From Candidatus Bathyarchaeota archaeon (GTDB lineage: Archaea; Thermoproteota; Bathyarchaeia; TCS64), in the NCBI GenBank assembly GCA_018396695.1, contig JAGTQU010000004.1, positions 12,357 to 76,356 of the forward strand: DNA of 64,000 nucleotides, in the 5' to 3' direction. The position numbers and the translations under genes were made by a program. The notes under the pieces were generated by a model that was not told the DNA's origin, did no database searches, and saw nothing but the letters and a program-made list of their open reading frames with translations. Positions 60,667-64,000 of the stretch are shown in pieces; the stretch's first letter is position 1; the number at the start of each line of letters is the position of its first letter.

Positions 60667-60855
60667 ACTCTTATCAAACTCCCTTTTTATCTCGGAAAGG
60701 AGAATAAATCATAATATCTCAACAAGAGCCTTTAAGATAATAAACTTCTTTAACAGAGCTCTTCACTTCATTAAAGGCATTTATAAGCCTTGTCACAGCC
60801 CCAAGAGGACAAATTAACCCACAGGTTATTTTGAAATTTATTCATTTATATTTAG

Positions 60856-63111
60856 TTATACTGCAATTCTATATCTGTCTTTTAGTTCCTGCTTTTTACC
60901 TTCATTCCATGCTGTTACGTCGGTATAATACCCTGTTATCCTGCTCCACCATCGGACCTCTTTGCTGCCACAGTTAGGGCAGATCTCCAGTAATCCTGCA
61001 GTCGTATGCTGGCAATTACTGCAAACCGTCAGATCCTTTGTATAGCTGAAGTATCCGATCTGGCTGTTCCTCGCAATCCTCTGCGTCAGCTTGTACAAGG
61101 CCTCAGGATCCGAAGCAGCTTCGCCTAGCCAGACATGGAAGATGTTTCCTCCGCTCAGAATTGGGAAGAACTTATGCTCAATGTCGATCTTCTGCCCGAG
61201 AGGGATCTTTGCACCAACATAGGTATGCGTTCCATTACTATAGTAGACTGGGAGATCCCTTTTTCCCTTAGCGAGCGCTGAAGCTTGTTCCAAGTCCCCT
61301 TTAATAACCTGTCTAGCATACTTGCGATACTCTGGAGAAACCAGATCAGCTATGGCAAACGTTTGGGCAGTACTCTCCGCAGGCGTCCTCGCAAGCATGA
61401 TCTTCATCCCAGTCTGCATCTCCAGCCCCTTTCTATACCTCTCCATATCCAGAAGAAGCCTTAGAGCAAGCCGAACAGCATCAGAGTCTTCATGGAGCTG
61501 CTTCCCTGTGAAGAACTGGACCATCTCATTTATGCCAACTACACCTATGACGTAAACAAGTTCGCTGAAGTCGACTGCGGGTGGAGCTTTATTTCCCGTC
61601 TTTGGGTCTCTGGGAGTTTGCGTTGCGAAAGGTATCAGATCTCCCTTGATAGCCCTATCCATCCAGAGCTTCTTCGCCTTAAAAACTTCTACAGCCAATC
61701 TCATATTCCTTTTAGCAGTTTCGAGAAGCTTCTCATAGTTCCCGTTAGCCTGATAAGCTAGCCTCGGCATGTTTATGCTAACAACTTGCCAGCCACCCAT
61801 GCTAAAGTGGGCACCATCCTCGAACATCAGCTTCTCCTTGAAGAGTGGATCGCTCTCAGGAGTTGCCGCGAATTGATATGCACAGCACTGGTAGCATGAG
61901 ATTCCATGACCGTAGCCTCGATAAGCTGGAAGCATGTTATCGAAATATGGTGCCCCAAACTTACTTACAGACTTGTGAACTAACATCCATAAATCATCAT
62001 ACTCGGATTTGAAAAACTCGGGCGAAACATAATTCTCATTTTTTGGGAAGTTGAACGGTTTTCCCCAATAGTCACCTTCGCTGGCAACTTCTGTTATCGC
62101 TCTAAAGAATGTTTGGACCTCATCTTCGTAATTGCCATAGACATCAGGTCCAACCTTCCCTTTCATTACAACTGGAACATTCTTCCAAATGTCTGGAACC
62201 CCCATAGGAAGCTGAATATTACTAAAGACGAGCTGCCCCCCCCTCGTCACATAAGTCTGTGTCAGCTCGTAGAACATCATTTGGGCTAGTTGCTTCACTT
62301 CTTTGTACGAGAGCCCCCGCATGAACGGTGCCAGAAACATCGTATAGTACATGAATCCTTGACCTCCGCTGAAATTCGTCTGACCTGCAGCTAGAACTTT
62401 AACACTATGTAATATTGCAACTTCAGGCTGCTTAGCAGGTCCAGCTACGCTGCTTCTGAATCCTGTACCATCAGGAAGGAGCCCATAGTACAGGAAGTAG
62501 CGGAGGTCCCAGTCTTGACAGAATGGGCGACTTCCAAAATATTCAAGGGTATGGATGTGGATGTCGCCTTGGTGGTGGGCGACTGCTAGTTCAGGCGGGA
62601 GTAATAGAAGATACTCCTCTTTACTCAGGCGGTCAGCCTTCTTCTTGTGCACCGTCTCAGGATTAGGTTGCAAATTTGCGTTTTCTCTAGCTTCCCAACC
62701 TGAACCTGTATCGATCTGGTATGCGTCATAGATTGGAGCACCAACACGTGTCAGTACATTCCTGTAGATTTGGAACTCTGGTTTCTCTTCAGACCATTCT
62801 ATCAAAAGATTGTTTACCGTCTCTCGGATAAGAGGGCCGCTAACGAATTTAGGTTTCATTACTCTTATACGGCGTTCAATCTCGTCTGCTATCTTCTCAG
62901 CATAACCGCCATTTATAGGGTCAAGGTCGAACATTATCTTCGCTAGTTGCGTCTCTTCATGAAGTTGTTCAACTATTCTCCTCTTATCCCATGGTACAAG
63001 GTATCCGTCGGTGGTCCGAACCATTGGCATGCCTTTGTAAACTCTTTCAGACTTGTAGAACTCTTCTAAAACCTTCTGTTTTTCGGAGTGGAAAATACGC
63101 TTCTTAACCAT
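60856..63111 (-). CDS. nrdD: Anaerobic (class III) ribonucleoside-triphosphate reductase with ATP cone
   Basis: ATP cone, GDIHIH, FC, finger loop YQCC, Zn site CSNC/CPNC and glycyl-radical motif SRITGY. Confidence 0.95.
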   Translation of the reverse strand: MVKKRIFHSEKQKVLEEFYKSERVYKGMPMVRTTDGYLVPWDKRRIVEQLHEETQLAKIMFDLDPINGGYAEKIADEIERRIRVMKPKFVSGPLIRETVNNLLIEWSEEKPEFQIYRNVLTRVGAPIYDAYQIDTGSGWEARENANLQPNPETVHKKKADRLSKEEYLLLLPPELAVAHHQGDIHIHTLEYFGSRPFCQDWDLRYFLYYGLLPDGTGFRSSVAGPAKQPEVAILHSVKVLAAGQTNFSGGQGFMYYTMFLAPFMRGLSYKEVKQLAQMMFYELTQTYVTRGGQLVFSNIQLPMGVPDIWKNVPVVMKGKVGPDVYGNYEDEVQTFFRAITEVASEGDYWGKPFNFPKNENYVSPEFFKSEYDDLWMLVHKSVSKFGAPYFDNMLPAYRGYGHGISCYQCCAYQFAATPESDPLFKEKLMFEDGAHFSMGGWQVVSINMPRLAYQANGNYEKLLETAKRNMRLAVEVFKAKKLWMDRAIKGDLIPFATQTPRDPKTGNKAPPAVDFSELVYVIGVVGINEMVQFFTGKQLHEDSDAVRLALRLLLDMERYRKGLEMQTGMKIMLARTPAESTAQTFAIADLVSPEYRKYARQVIKGDLEQASALAKGKRDLPVYYSNGTHTYVGAKIPLGQKIDIEHKFFPILSGGNIFHVWLGEAASDPEALYKLTQRIARNSQIGYFSYTKDLTVCSNCQHTTAGLLEICPNCGSKEVRWWSRITGYYTDVTAWNEGKKQELKDRYRIAV

Positions 63112-63367
63112 CTATAGCCCCCTTAAGCTTCTCCTCATTGAGCACATCATTATGAAAAAGGTCTTCGGAAGAAAATATTTTAGATCCAACCTCGAGAATT
63201 GGAGGGTTCCCAAAAACATTTTTCATGATTAACTCTACTTGGGTTTCGGTATTGAACACTTTTTCCTCAAATGACTTTCCTAACTCTTTTATGTGCTTCT
63301 TCAACGTATCACAACGACTACAGTTGGGAATGGTATAGACCCTCGGAATCTGTTTAGGTGAACTCAT
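63104..63367 (-). CDS. nrdH: Glutaredoxin-like NrdH protein
   Basis: YTIPNCSRC CxxC and a PPIL cis-Pro motif; overlaps the nrdD start. Confidence 0.8.
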   Translation of the reverse strand: MSSPKQIPRVYTIPNCSRCDTLKKHIKELGKSFEEKVFNTETQVELIMKNVFGNPPILEVGSKIFSSEDLFHNDVLNEEKLKGAIDG

Positions 63368-63498
63368 CTAAATCAACTGCCTGGCAAAGAATCTAAGCGC
63401 AGATTATTATTTAGAAAAGTTGTTTAAAAATATGCCTTATTTTTTCATAATATTTTCAAATATTATTAATAATCATATATTTCTAATAGAAAAGGATA

Positions 63499-63522
63499 TT
63501 TGTCATAAAAATATGTGACAAA
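63499..63522. promoter_or_regulatory. Inverted repeat TTTGTCA-N10-TGACAAA, candidate operator
   Basis: Perfect 7-bp arms with ATAT flanks, located between the divergent nrdH and CARF promoters. Confidence 0.5.
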
Positions 63523-63574
63523 ATATTATTCAAAGCACACGTTAATAATTTATATATTTGTTCAGAAAAATCAA

Positions 63575-63580
63575 TTATAA
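63575..63580 (+). promoter_or_regulatory. BRE/TATA for the CARF gene (probably leaderless)
   Basis: GAAAAA...TTATAA about 25 nt upstream of ATG 63602. Confidence 0.5.
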
Positions 63581-63601
63581 GAAAAATCAGGATTAACAAA
63601 A

Positions 63602-64000
63602 ATGACTGTTATTATCTGTTTAGTTGGAACCCATCTAAGGCGTCCATTTGATGGGATAAGATTCTGGAGCAAGAGGCAGGGAATAACTAAGCTTTACCTT
63701 CTCTACAGCAATGTTGAGGCAGAGGATGAGACAGCCATCTTCAGCTACATGTCTAGAAGAAATGCTGAGGAGCTGAAAAAAAGGTTGGAGATTATGGATC
63801 CAGTAATGATAGGCTTCGATCCGATGAATCAGAGAGACGTGTTTAAAAAGATTTATGGGATAATGTCTAAGGCTAGAAAAGATGGAGAAGAAGTTTTAAT
63901 CGACGTTACATCGACTACAAACCTGACTCAAGGTATAGCCCTCACCATAGCCCTCATGTTCAGGAATGCTAGAGTATACACTGTTCCATCTAAACAGCCT
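63602..64000 (+). CDS. CARF-fold (Csa3/DUF6293-like) putative regulator, truncated by the window end; absent from the ORF track
   Basis: MTVIICLVGTH...ITKLYLLYS...RNAEELKKRL...FDPMNQRDVFKKIYGIM...EEVLIDVTSTT...IALMFRNARVYTVP follows the CARF Rossmann-like strand/helix pattern. Confidence 0.72.
   Translation, partial: MTVIICLVGTHLRRPFDGIRFWSKRQGITKLYLLYSNVEAEDETAIFSYMSRRNAEELKKRLEIMDPVMIGFDPMNQRDVFKKIYGIMSKARKDGEEVLIDVTSTTNLTQGIALTIALMFRNARVYTVPSKQP

Noticed and set aside
63462-63473. Perfect palindrome ATTATTAATAAT
   Set aside because: AT-only within a very AT-rich spacer, so likely to arise by chance.
1-64000. CRISPR array, transposase/IS or provirus
   Set aside because: No regularly spaced repeats, transposase or integrase motifs, or terminal inverted repeats were seen; the thermosome repeats are intragenic.

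Overview
Archaeal chromosomal window, most likely Bathyarchaeia/TACK. This is inferred from a crenarchaeal-type PolB1, a short XPF/ERCC4 nuclease, TFB, a thermosome pair, a type A RNase P RNA and an intron-containing tRNA; no database search was run. Housekeeping content: rnpB, a complete A/V-type ATP synthase split into two convergent operons, argS, asnS, tRNA-Arg(CCG), polB1, ABCE1, an RNase J-like nuclease, UDG, hypD, two thermosome subunits and nrdH-nrdD. Main points for a second look: (1) an intact nuoL-nuoM-nuoM antiporter module whose NuoL has an extended lateral helix (2M complex I signature), preceded by a decayed, 5'-truncated nuoN, with no other nuo genes in the window, and lying just upstream of the ATP synthase; (2) a CARF-fold regulator, missing from the ORF track and cut by the window end, divergent from the class III RNR operon with a palindrome between them; (3) a 34.2-38.4 kb decaying accessory patch with a frameshifted double-wHTH regulator, secreted beta-rich proteins (one severed from its signal peptide by a TAA), an in-frame coxL/coxM deletion fusion and an AKR remnant; (4) gene-conversion-like identical tracts between the thermosome paralogs; (5) two genes that appear to need CTG initiation; (6) tRNA-Arg directly upstream of argS. 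No CRISPR array, transposase or intein was seen.
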